Notes under the pieces: generated by a model
Seen by the model: the letters and a program-made list of their open reading frames with translations, nothing else
Database searches by the model: none
What the model was told of the DNA's origin: nothing
NCBI GenBank assembly: GCA_963770895.1
Contig: CAVYRF010000002.1
Coordinates: forward strand, 2,848,001-2,912,000
Length of the DNA: 64,000 bases
Direction of reading: 5' to 3'
From: an uncultured Acidobacteriota bacterium
GTDB taxonomy: Bacteria; Acidobacteriota; Thermoanaerobaculia; Multivoradales; UBA5704
Part shown: positions 29,895-38,569 of the stretch, piece by piece
How positions within the stretch are numbered: position 1 is the first letter of the stretch
Layout of the letters: the number at the start of each line of letters is the position of its first letter
Position numbers and translations under genes: made by a program

Positions 29895-30901
29895 TGGCGG
29901 CGCTCGGGCGCAGCCGGCAGGATTGGCCGCTCGACGAGCTGGTGGCGCGTCTGATGGAGCGCCAGCCGCGCGCGCTGGGACGCGCTGTGTCGCTGGTGGA
30001 AGACGGCGGTGACGCGGCGCGGCAGCTCGTCGCGCGCGTCTATGGGCACACCGGCCGGGCGCGGGTGGTGGGGGTGACCGGTCCGCCCGGCGCCGGCAAG
30101 AGCACGCTGGTGGATCGCCTGGCTCGCCACTGTCGCGGGCGCGGCGAAACGGTGGGCATCCTGGCGGTCGACCCCACCAGCCCCTTCACCGGCGGCGCCC
30201 TGCTGGGCGACCGCATCCGCATGCAGAGCCACTACACCGACGGCGGCGTGTTCATCCGTTCGATGGCCACGCGCGGTGCGATGGGCGGTCTGGCGCGCGC
30301 CACCCGCGACGGGGTGGATCTGCTCGACGCCGCCGGATTCGACTGGGTGTTGGTCGAGACGGTGGGGGTGGGCCAGGACGAAGTGGACGTGGTGCGTTCG
30401 GTGGATTCCGTCGTGGTGGTCACCCTGCCCGGCCTGGGCGACGAGATCCAGGCGATCAAGGCGGGCATTCTGGAGATCGCCGACGTGTTCGTGATCAACA
30501 AGGCGGACCGCGAAGGAGTGGATCGTGCCTGGAAGGACCTTCACATGATGCTGTCGATCGGCGACCACGGTGCCTGGCTGCCGCCGGTGCTCAAGGTGAT
30601 CGCCACGCGCGACGAAGGCGTCGATCGGCTGCTGGCCGAGATCGACCGCCATCGCCGCCACCTGGAAGAGAGCGGCGAGCTCGCGGCCCGCCGCCGGTCG
30701 CACCTGCGGCTGCGCGTCGAAACCCTGCTCAAGGAGCGCGTCGTGGCGGCGGCCGACCGCCTGCTCGGCCTCGAACGCGAAGTCGAGCGCGGTTTCGCCG
30801 CCATGCTCGATCCCTACCAGGTGGCGGATCGGCTGTTTGCGGGCGTCGTCGACGGCGGCGCCGCTGCCGCCGCCACCGTCGCCGCGGAGCGAACGCTGTG
30901 A
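29894..30901 (+). CDS. meaB: Methylmalonyl-CoA mutase-associated GTPase MeaB
   Basis: GPPGAGKST, AVDPTSPFTGGALLGDRIRM, ETVGVGQ, NKAD. Confidence 0.95.
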   Translation: MAALGRSRQDWPLDELVARLMERQPRALGRAVSLVEDGGDAARQLVARVYGHTGRARVVGVTGPPGAGKSTLVDRLARHCRGRGETVGILAVDPTSPFTGGALLGDRIRMQSHYTDGGVFIRSMATRGAMGGLARATRDGVDLLDAAGFDWVLVETVGVGQDEVDVVRSVDSVVVVTLPGLGDEIQAIKAGILEIADVFVINKADREGVDRAWKDLHMMLSIGDHGAWLPPVLKVIATRDEGVDRLLAEIDRHRRHLEESGELAARRRSHLRLRVETLLKERVVAAADRLLGLEREVERGFAAMLDPYQVADRLFAGVVDGGAAAAATVAAERTL

Positions 30902-31359
30902 TCCGCGGCGTCGATCACATCGGCATCGCGGTGCGTTCGATCGCCGAAGGCCGGCTGTTCTACGAAGCGCTGGGGCTGCACGTCGAAGCCATCGAAGAGG
31001 TTCCCGGCGACCAGGTGCGGGTGGCGATGATCCCGTGCGGCGGCACCCACATCGAGCTGCTGGAGCCCACCTCGCCCGACTCGCCGGTGGCCCGCTTCCT
31101 CGATCGCCGGGGGCCCGGCCTGCACCACATCTGCCTGGCCAGCGACGGCCTGATCGCCGACGACGCGCAGCTGCGCCAGAGCGGCTATCGGGTGCTGCGC
31201 CCGGAGCCGACGCGCGGCGCCGGCGGCTGCTGGATCCAGTTCGTGCACCCGCAGAGCACCGGCGGCGTCCTGGTCGAGCTGTCGCAGCCGGGCGACGACA
31301 GCGACGGCGAGCCCGCGCTCGAGCCATCGCAGCCCCAGCCCCCGCCGCCCCGGCCATGA
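30898..31359 (+). CDS. mce: Methylmalonyl-CoA epimerase
   Basis: DHIGIAV, IELLEP, GLHHI, FVHP..GGVLVEL. Confidence 0.9.
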   Translation: MIRGVDHIGIAVRSIAEGRLFYEALGLHVEAIEEVPGDQVRVAMIPCGGTHIELLEPTSPDSPVARFLDRRGPGLHHICLASDGLIADDAQLRQSGYRVLRPEPTRGAGGCWIQFVHPQSTGGVLVELSQPGDDSDGEPALEPSQPQPPPPRP

Positions 31360-31724
31360 GAATCCGCGCCGGTTCGATCATTGTCGTGCACCTCAACAAC
31401 CCGACCGAGAAGTTCTGGGGGGTGCTGCAGGAGGTGGCGATGGCCGGCGTCTACCTGCGCGGCATCAGCGTCGACAGCTTCGACGACTGGATGGCGCAGG
31501 CGGTGCGCGGCAAGGACCAGACGCTCGGCCTCTGCTCCATGTTCGTGCCGCTGTTTCGCGTCGAGCGGATCTTCCTGGACGAGCCGGTGGGAGAGGTCGA
31601 GAGCTACCGCCAGCGCTTCTCCCGCCGCGTCGGGGTGGCGGTCGAGCGCTACCTGGACCTGGCCGATCCGGCCGGCGACGACGAAGGCGAAAAGGCCGGC
31701 TCGCCGCCGGAGATCCCCTCGTAA
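31356..31724 (+). CDS. Conserved-looking hypothetical protein
   Basis: ATGA overlap with mce; MRIRAGSIIVVHLNNPTEKFWGVL...FVPLFRVERIFLDE. Confidence 0.75.
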   Translation: MRIRAGSIIVVHLNNPTEKFWGVLQEVAMAGVYLRGISVDSFDDWMAQAVRGKDQTLGLCSMFVPLFRVERIFLDEPVGEVESYRQRFSRRVGVAVERYLDLADPAGDDEGEKAGSPPEIPS

Positions 31725-31753
31725 CCCCCGCGGCCCCGACCAGACCTCCGGCG

Positions 31754-32857
31754 TCAGTGTGCCGGCGCCCTTCCCAGGGGGTCTTCGTGCTCGCCGATCC
31801 GCCGTAGCAGGCGGTCCGTCAGGCGGCGTAGCGGCAGCGGTCGCGGTGGCAGCTCGGGCGTCGCCGGCTGGGCGGCATCCGCCAGGGAGCCGTCCTGCGC
31901 CAGGCCCAGGCCCCGCACCCCCGTCAGACACCCCAGCGCTTCCAGCGCCTGGCCGCTGGCCAGCGCCAGTCCGGCCTCCAGCCAGGCGCGCTCCAGGTCT
32001 TCGCCGGGAGCGGCTGGCAGGTCGTAGAGCAGCCGCGCTTCGTACAGCCGCTCGCGCGCCGCATCCCGGCTGCCCAGCGCCGCTTCGCAGATCGCCAGAC
32101 TGAGCAGCAGCCGCGCGGCCAGCGACGGCCATGCCGCCAGGTCGATCGCCTCCAGGGCAGCCCGCAGCTGCGGGCGCGCCTGCGCATAGTCGGCGTTCTC
32201 CTGCAGCAGGATGCCGGCCTGTGCGCGGCAGGCGGCCGCCGGCTCGGCATCCTCCAGCTGGCAGAACTGCTGCACGGCCTGGGTGAACAGTGCCACGGCC
32301 TCGTCGCGCGCCCCCTGGTCCACCCGCACCTGCGCCAGCCCCGCCGCCGCCAGGCCGCGTTCGCCGCTGGCCCCCGGCGGCACGAACGCCGCCATGGCCG
32401 CGAAGGACTCCTCCGCCGCCAGCCAGCGCTCGTCGTGCAGGTGGCACTTGCCGAGCAGCCAGCAGGCCAACGCCGCGGTGCGCCCGGCCGCCGTCCCCGG
32501 TTCCGCATCCAGCGCCAGCGCCACCGCCGCCGCCATCTCGGCCGCCTCCAAGTCCGGCACGCCTTCCAACAGCGCGCTCTCCGCCCGGTAGGCAAACAGC
32601 CGGGCCAGTGTTTCGCGCTGGAAGACCGGGTCCCGCCGCACCGCCTGCTGGCGCAGCCCGCGCGGCAGCCGCATCAGTTCTTCTCCCAACTCCCGGTCAA
32701 GCCCGCACGCCCTCACCATCGCCACCAACGACCGCAGCTCATAACCCTCGGGTCCGGCGGGGTGCCGCCGTGCCCGAAGTCCACCCGCATCCGGCAGTCG
32801 AGCCGGTGACAACCGGATGTCGCCATCGCCTCCCTCGCCAAGCTCGGAGTAGTCCAT
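31754..32857 (-). CDS. Divergent, possibly truncated TPR-like protein of the same family
   Basis: MDYSELG...; ACWLLGKCHL, RAWLEAGLALASG match family motifs; TACGCT 7 nt before the ATG. Confidence 0.65.
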   Translation of the reverse strand: MDYSELGEGGDGDIRLSPARLPDAGGLRARRHPAGPEGYELRSLVAMVRACGLDRELGEELMRLPRGLRQQAVRRDPVFQRETLARLFAYRAESALLEGVPDLEAAEMAAAVALALDAEPGTAAGRTAALACWLLGKCHLHDERWLAAEESFAAMAAFVPPGASGERGLAAAGLAQVRVDQGARDEAVALFTQAVQQFCQLEDAEPAAACRAQAGILLQENADYAQARPQLRAALEAIDLAAWPSLAARLLLSLAICEAALGSRDAARERLYEARLLYDLPAAPGEDLERAWLEAGLALASGQALEALGCLTGVRGLGLAQDGSLADAAQPATPELPPRPLPLRRLTDRLLRRIGEHEDPLGRAPAH

Positions 32858-33029
32858 CAAACTCAGCGTACGGGGTAACCTTCTGTCTGCCAAGCGTTTG
32901 CCGCAAATCCAGAACCTTGGTGAGGCTTCTTCGCCAGTTTCCCGGAGATTGCCGCCTCCGGTAACGCCGCGCCGCCTCGCGGCAGTTGTCACGATCTCGC
33001 CATTTTGGTGGCATGGAACAGCCTCAGGT

Positions 33030-33054
33030 GTGTCAATATCCGCTGTATTGGCAC
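33030..33054. promoter_or_regulatory. Candidate operator (inverted repeat)
   Basis: GTGTCAATA-N7-TATTGGCAC, 8/9 symmetric, in an A/T-rich divergent intergenic region. Confidence 0.5.
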
Positions 33055-33211
33055 TATTGAGGTCAAAAAGCACGACCAAAGAGTCGGGATTCACGAACTC
33101 GCGACTCCGCAATTGCGTCAATCGTGCGCGACCGTGCCTGCAGTGTCCCTGGGGAGGGTCTCCCGAGCCTGCCGCTGATGGCAGGATCTCGTGGTCCGAG
33201 GAAGGAGTGTT

Positions 33212-33553
33212 ATGCCCCGCATCCTCTGCTTTCTGGTTCTGTGCGTTCTGATTCTGGCTGTCCCGATGACCGCGTCCGCCGCTCAGGCGGGCCGGACAAC
33301 CGTCACATCGCATGGCAGCGGTGTGACCGCCTTCTGGTGGGCGATGCTTGAGCAGGTTTGGCACAATGCCACAACATTTAGCCCGTTCTGGCAACCGGCG
33401 CGAGGTGCCGGCGCTCAGCAGACCGGCAGCCGAGTGCGTCACTCCACGGTGACCACGCGGTCCACACCTCCGCTTACCGGCGGAGCCCATCTGGTGGATA
33501 ACAACTGCGACGGCGGATCGATGTTGGATCCCAACGGCCACTGCGGGGGCTGA
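33212..33553 (+). CDS. Small secreted precursor-like protein B (113 aa)
   Basis: AGGAAGGAG RBS; signal peptide MPRILCFLVLCVLILAVPMTASA; FWWAMLEQVW; C-terminus NNCDGGSMLDPNGHCGG. Confidence 0.8.
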   Translation: MPRILCFLVLCVLILAVPMTASAAQAGRTTVTSHGSGVTAFWWAMLEQVWHNATTFSPFWQPARGAGAQQTGSRVRHSTVTTRSTPPLTGGAHLVDNNCDGGSMLDPNGHCGG

Positions 33554-33620
33554 GCTATCTCCTTGCAGGTTACAGACGATCGCTCGGTCGGGTGCCGAGG
33601 CGAAGCTGGCGAGCGGGCTG

Positions 33621-35003
33621 TTATCCGGCGGCTTGCCGCAGCAGCTCGAAGGCGGCGAGAGCTTCGCGGTGTGTGCGCTGAGCACAAAACACCGCGGCGC
33701 TCTCGCGCGCCAAGGCTTGAGCCTCTGCCACCCGGCCGGCGGGAGCAAGAAGCGTCGCAAGCTCCAAGGACGCCAGAGCCGCGTCGTAGTTCACGTCGCA
33801 AGCGACAAACCGATTGCGCACTTCGGACAAGCTCGCGATGGCTTCGTCGACACGTCCCAGGCTGGCTGCCACTCGTCCTTTCAGCCACTGGACTCGGACC
33901 AGGTCCAAATCGCAGCCCAAGGGTTCGACCAGGCGGCGGGCCTCGTTCGCTACCGTGTCCGCCTCAGCGTAGCGTCGTAGCTCGCAAAGGCAATGCGCGA
34001 CCAGCAACCGGTGGATGAACAGGAGACGAGGTTGCGCAGTGCCGTCGATCAGCGTCGCCGCCTCTTCGACGGCGGCCATTGCACGCTCGCAGTGGCCGTC
34101 GTCGCAGTGGCCGAAGTCCAATAGGGCGCGCGCCTTGTTGAGCAGGATCCGCACCGGATCGGCGCCGCTCTCCAATGCCCGGTCAAGCAGGGCCAGCGCC
34201 TGGTTGGGGCGGCCCTGGTCGATGCGGAGAGAGGCTTCCAGCTCCAGCAGCAGGCTGCCGTGAAGCGAGCCGATGCCAGTGCTCCCCTGCCATAGCTCTG
34301 CCGCGCGGTTGAACGACTGATCAGCGCCCGGCAAGTCCGACGACACCCGCAAGGCGTTGCCGAGGTGAGCCCAGGTGTAGCCCTGGAGGCATTCACGACG
34401 GCGCCGATCCCCAGGTACAGCTTCGGCAATGTCCACGGCCAACTGCGCCAGCTCGATCGCTTCGCCAGGCGCCCGCGGCGTCAATTCAAGGCTCTTGGCA
34501 CAGAGCAGCACCGCCAGCGCTTCGCTCTGGAAGTCCGTGGCTTCTTCGACCAGGGCGCGGCGTTCCTGAGCGGATCTCTGGAGCAGCTTGGCGAGCAGCA
34601 GGGCAGCCCGATCGCCTGCGGAATTTGGCTTCGACGGCTCCGGCGGCTGGAGCGCCGGACGCAGGTGGGCGCGCAACAACTGCTGCAGATCATGCATCCA
34701 GTCCGAGGTGTCGGTGCGGCCGTGGCTGGAATCGGGTTTCTTGGCTGGCGAGCCCAACGTCTCCTTGCGCAGCTCGCGAATGCCCGCCAGGGCAACGCGC
34801 AGCGCGGCAGGGGTAAAGCCAAGCACCGAGCTGATGCGCTCCAGGGTTTCGGAGCTGGGCGTCTTACGTCCGGCTTCGATCGATGCCAGGTAACTGGTCC
34901 CTGTCCAGCCTAATGCGCGTGCGAGATCCTGCTGTTGCCATCCGCGACTCTGACGCAAAAGCCGTACTGCCAGGCCGAGCTCTGGAGGAGGCGGAGTGGT
35001 CAT
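33621..35003 (-). CDS. XRE-HTH + TPR-like regulator (paralog 2)
   Basis: LRQSRGWQQQDLARALG..YLASIEAGRKTPS; GYTWAHLGNALRV; WLKGRV; AALASLELA; start 35003 or 35030. Confidence 0.85.
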   Translation of the reverse strand: MTTPPPPELGLAVRLLRQSRGWQQQDLARALGWTGTSYLASIEAGRKTPSSETLERISSVLGFTPAALRVALAGIRELRKETLGSPAKKPDSSHGRTDTSDWMHDLQQLLRAHLRPALQPPEPSKPNSAGDRAALLLAKLLQRSAQERRALVEEATDFQSEALAVLLCAKSLELTPRAPGEAIELAQLAVDIAEAVPGDRRRRECLQGYTWAHLGNALRVSSDLPGADQSFNRAAELWQGSTGIGSLHGSLLLELEASLRIDQGRPNQALALLDRALESGADPVRILLNKARALLDFGHCDDGHCERAMAAVEEAATLIDGTAQPRLLFIHRLLVAHCLCELRRYAEADTVANEARRLVEPLGCDLDLVRVQWLKGRVAASLGRVDEAIASLSEVRNRFVACDVNYDAALASLELATLLAPAGRVAEAQALARESAAVFCAQRTHREALAAFELLRQAAG

Positions 35004-35051
35004 GGGATGTGGTGGCCGCAGGGATCTCACGCCGTCAGGATTGCCCAGCGA

Positions 35052-36521
35052 TCACGACGTGCTCCTGAAGCACAGCCCCGGATTGTGATGGGCGCTGCAA
35101 AGATAGGTCACCAGCTGGCGGCAGAGCTCGGCCGTCGCGGTCTCCTTCTCGGCCGCTTGCCGGAACAGCTCCAACGCCGCCTGCGCTTCGCGGTGGACCT
35201 GCTGGGCGCGAAAGATCGCGGCGCTCTGCCGAGCCAAGGTTTTGACTGCGCCGGTGCGGTTTTCGGAGGCTAGGATGGTGGCCAGCTCAAGAGACACCAG
35301 GGCGGCGTCCCATGCGTTGTCGCGAACGATGAAGTCGCTGCGCACCTGGTGGAAGGTCGCAATGGCTTCTTCGCTACGGCCGAGGCCCGCGGCCAGCTTG
35401 CCCTCCAACCAGAGAATGCGGACGAGGTCGATCTCATTGCCGAGTCGTTCCGCCAGCATCCGCACCTGGCCGATGATCCCCTGGGCCGCAGGATAGTTTT
35501 CGGCGTAGCACCAAGCGTGAGCGAGGTACTGCAGCTGGATGAGAAACAGCCTTGGCTCACGCTCCGCATTGATCAAGGGCGCAGTATCTTGTAGCAGGTC
35601 GATCGCGCGCTCGTACTCGGCGACGTCGATCAGGGCCTTGGCCTTGTTGAGCAGCAGTCTGGGCGGCGCATTGCTGCTCACCAGGGCTTGGTCCAGCACG
35701 GCCAGCGCTTGCCAGGGTTGCCCTTGGTGCAGTCGCAAGGACGCCTCCAGGTCGAGCAGACGGCTGCCATCGAGCAGGCCGGATTCGTCGCCGGAGTGCC
35801 AGAGCTTTTTGGCCTGGCGGAAGGCATCTTCGGCTGCGGGAAGGTCGGAGGAGACGCGCAGGGCGTTGCCGAGATGGGCCCAGGCGTAGCCCTGGACACG
35901 GCGAGGCCAGGGATCGGCGCCGGGGACCTGAGCGGCGATCTCAAGGGCCATGTGAGCCAGCTCGACGGCTTCCTTGGGCTTGCGGGGCGCGGCTTCCAGG
36001 CTGCGCTCGCAGAGCAGCTCGCAGAGGCCCCAGGTCTGGAATTCGGGGGCGTCTTCGATCAGGACGCGGCGCTCCTGGGGCGAGCGGCGCTGCAGGCGTG
36101 CCCAGAGGCCGTGGGCGGCGCGGCGCTCTTCGAGGACGCGGGCGTCGGACAGGACGCGGTCCAGGGTTTCGCGGGCGAAGTCGCGGACGCGGGCGGCGAT
36201 CTGGTCGGCGATGGCGTCGATGGGGAGCTTTTCGGTGTCGGTGGCGACGGCTTCGGTTCCCTGGGAGGCCTTGACCACCGACTGCACCCGGTCGAAGAAG
36301 GTGGCGGAGTAGCCGAGGGCGGCGAGCAGCTGGCGCTGGGTCTTGGCGGAGGGGGCGCGGACGGCTCGCTCGTAGTCGGAGACGCTGCCAGGTTTGAGCC
36401 CGGCTGCTTCGTCAAGGCGCTGTTGCGAGACGCCGCGCAGCACGCGCAGAACCATCAGGGTACCGGCGAGGGTGGTTCGCGGAGGTCCCCATTGAGACCG
36501 GACGCGCACGGTGGAAGCCAT
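35052..36521 (-). CDS. XRE-HTH + TPR-like regulator (paralog 1)
   Basis: LRVLRGVSQQRLDEAAGLKPGSVSDYERAVRAPS; GYAWAHLGNALRV; WLEGKL; AALVSLELA; GGAGG RBS. Confidence 0.85.
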   Translation of the reverse strand: MASTVRVRSQWGPPRTTLAGTLMVLRVLRGVSQQRLDEAAGLKPGSVSDYERAVRAPSAKTQRQLLAALGYSATFFDRVQSVVKASQGTEAVATDTEKLPIDAIADQIAARVRDFARETLDRVLSDARVLEERRAAHGLWARLQRRSPQERRVLIEDAPEFQTWGLCELLCERSLEAAPRKPKEAVELAHMALEIAAQVPGADPWPRRVQGYAWAHLGNALRVSSDLPAAEDAFRQAKKLWHSGDESGLLDGSRLLDLEASLRLHQGQPWQALAVLDQALVSSNAPPRLLLNKAKALIDVAEYERAIDLLQDTAPLINAEREPRLFLIQLQYLAHAWCYAENYPAAQGIIGQVRMLAERLGNEIDLVRILWLEGKLAAGLGRSEEAIATFHQVRSDFIVRDNAWDAALVSLELATILASENRTGAVKTLARQSAAIFRAQQVHREAQAALELFRQAAEKETATAELCRQLVTYLCSAHHNPGLCFRSTS

Positions 36522-36725
36522 CGGTGATCCTCCCGAGACAGAGTCGCCATTTAAGAAACACGGTGCGCTCCAGCCCTGTGTGCGATCCGCGGAGCGCCTG
36601 CCGATCTGTTATTTCCCGGTAGAGATCTTAAGTGAGCGTGGCAAACCTGTCACGCCGGCCGGCGGCAAATCGTTGATTGTGGCGGCGCGGCGCGGCGAGA
36701 TGATTACTTTTTGAGCCGTGCTTTG

Positions 36726-37520
36726 CTAGAACTGCACATTGGAGATAAAAAATGTCGCGGGGTCGACCTTCTTTGCCACCAGGTCGGCGGCGTTCTCGGC
36801 CGTCAGTACGAACTGTCCCGCCTTTTCGTGAGTCGGCGTTTTCATCAGCAGCTCGACCAGCTGCACCTGCTGGGGGAACCGCTCGCGCGCGCGCAGCAGG
36901 GCGTTGGCGCTGGCGTTGAGGGTCTGGAAGACCGACCCTTCCGATCCGGTGGTGAATTCCAGCAGCAGCCGGTCGGGCTGCGAACCGGTGAACATCTCGA
37001 CGTCGTCCATCCCCTGGGAGTGGAAGAAGTCGCGCAGGTCGGCGGTGACGTCGGCGTGGGCATAGGGGGCGTGCGGCAGCGCCGCGAAGTCGACGTTGCC
37101 GGCATAGGTTCGCGCCGCCGCTCCCGGCTTGGTGTCGGTGGTCCGCTTGGCGGTCGGCAGCTCGCGGGAGGACGGCCGGTGGGTGGCGATGAGGTCGCTC
37201 AGGTTCTTGTCCTGCGCCGCCGGCAGCTCGTGGCCGGGAACGACCTTGGTGGTCCCCAGGTCGGTCGTGCCGTAATCCTTGGTGCGATTGGCGGCTTCGG
37301 TGCGCGGCACGTCGATCTGCTTGGCGTCGATGAAGGTCTGGATGCCGTTGGGCAGGGTGATGATGGCGTGCCCGTCCTTGACCTCATACTTGTCCTTTGC
37401 CGCGATCCGGGAGCCGTCCTTGAGCCAGATGACGTAGGCGGCGAGCGGTGTGACGCCGACCAGCGTCAGCAGCGCCAGGGCGCAGCAGAGAACCGGCATG
37501 GAAAGTCGGGACGAGCGCAT
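36726..37520 (-). CDS. Secreted hypothetical protein
   Basis: Signal peptide; YVIWLKDGSRI N-terminal domain; GGAG RBS. Confidence 0.75.
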   Translation of the reverse strand: MRSSRLSMPVLCCALALLTLVGVTPLAAYVIWLKDGSRIAAKDKYEVKDGHAIITLPNGIQTFIDAKQIDVPRTEAANRTKDYGTTDLGTTKVVPGHELPAAQDKNLSDLIATHRPSSRELPTAKRTTDTKPGAAARTYAGNVDFAALPHAPYAHADVTADLRDFFHSQGMDDVEMFTGSQPDRLLLEFTTGSEGSVFQTLNASANALLRARERFPQQVQLVELLMKTPTHEKAGQFVLTAENAADLVAKKVDPATFFISNVQF

Positions 37521-37552
37521 TGCGATCTCCTTTGGGCTGCGCCGATTCTAGA

Positions 37553-38449
37553 CTAGTGATCTGAGTCGGGGAAATCGATAGCGGGCGGCGCCGCAGGACG
37601 CAGCCGCCGCCACGCCGGGCCCAGGCCGCGGGGGAACAGCAGCAGGAAGTAGAGACCGGCGAGGATGCCGGTCGCCGCTCCCGGGATCTGGTCGAAGGCC
37701 TGCTGGCGCAGGTTGAAACCCATCGGGCGGGCCTGCCACTTGACCAGCACGCCCAGCGCCGACGCCAGCGCCGGCAGGTACCAGACCAGGATGGCGAGCC
37801 CCAGGAAGCGCAAGGCGGGAAGCTGCCAGGCAAGGCTCCGGTCGCGGGGTTCGCCGGGTTCGTCGCGGTCGCCCGGGTCGCGGCGGTCGCCGCGGCCGGC
37901 GGCCGCCGCGGCCGGCGACGGGCCGAGCAGGGCCGCGGCGACCGGCAGGCGCCGCGACAGCAGCCACAGGCCGGCGACCACCAGCAGCAGGTCGACCGCG
38001 ACGCCGGCGGCGGTGTAGCCGAACAGGTCGCCCTGGCTGTTGCGGGTGAACAGCAGCCAGGTGGAGTAGCTGGCGGCGGTCACGATGCGCGACAGCAGCA
38101 GGATGGCAAGGGCGCAGACGCCGGCCACGGCCACGCCCAACGCCGGCCCCGTCGCCGCGGCCCCCTCCGCCGTTGCCGTCGTGGGGGCGCCGGCCGCCTC
38201 TTCCGCGGGGGCGACCAGCCAGCCCGCCAGCGCCCGCCGCCCGGCGAGCAGGGCCAGGCCGAAGGTGGCGTGCAGCAGCAGGCTGACCACGCCGCCGACC
38301 AGCGCCGCCTGGATCTGCAGCTGGCCGCCGATCATCTGGCCGCTGCGCGGCAGCGCCGGCAGCAGCTGCGACAGACCGATCAGCGCCAGGAGCAACGAAT
38401 ACAGGCCGGCCAGGCCGAACACCAGCGCTCCCAGATCGCGGCTCTTCAT
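37553..38449 (-). CDS. Hypothetical multi-pass membrane protein
   Basis: MKSRDLGALVFGLAG...; about six hydrophobic helices. Confidence 0.65.
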   Translation of the reverse strand: MKSRDLGALVFGLAGLYSLLLALIGLSQLLPALPRSGQMIGGQLQIQAALVGGVVSLLLHATFGLALLAGRRALAGWLVAPAEEAAGAPTTATAEGAAATGPALGVAVAGVCALAILLLSRIVTAASYSTWLLFTRNSQGDLFGYTAAGVAVDLLLVVAGLWLLSRRLPVAAALLGPSPAAAAAGRGDRRDPGDRDEPGEPRDRSLAWQLPALRFLGLAILVWYLPALASALGVLVKWQARPMGFNLRQQAFDQIPGAATGILAGLYFLLLFPRGLGPAWRRLRPAAPPAIDFPDSDH

Positions 38450-38569
38450 CGACGCTTGCCTCCCCCGTTCCCCCGCCGCCGCCAGGCCGGCGGACGCCCG
38501 ATGGGGCTCTGGTATCATAGCGTCCCGCCTCAAGCCGCCGGCGGGCGGCAGACCCGGAGAGTCGACGCC

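Noticed and set aside
28746-31724. Acyl-CoA dehydrogenase-meaB-mce operon as modifying enzymes for the flanking peptides
   Set aside because: Ordinary branched-chain/propionate metabolism genes with host-like composition; no RiPP maturase features
32858-33760. N-terminal extension of the 668-aa ORF overlapping peptide B on the opposite strand
   Set aside because: Extension has non-coding-like composition; a -10-like box sits 7 nt before ATG 32857, and peptide B has its own RBS and signal peptide
37548-37556. CTAGACTAG as a MITE excision footprint
   Set aside because: Too short; explained by a TAG stop next to a TAGAAT -10-like box of the downstream gene
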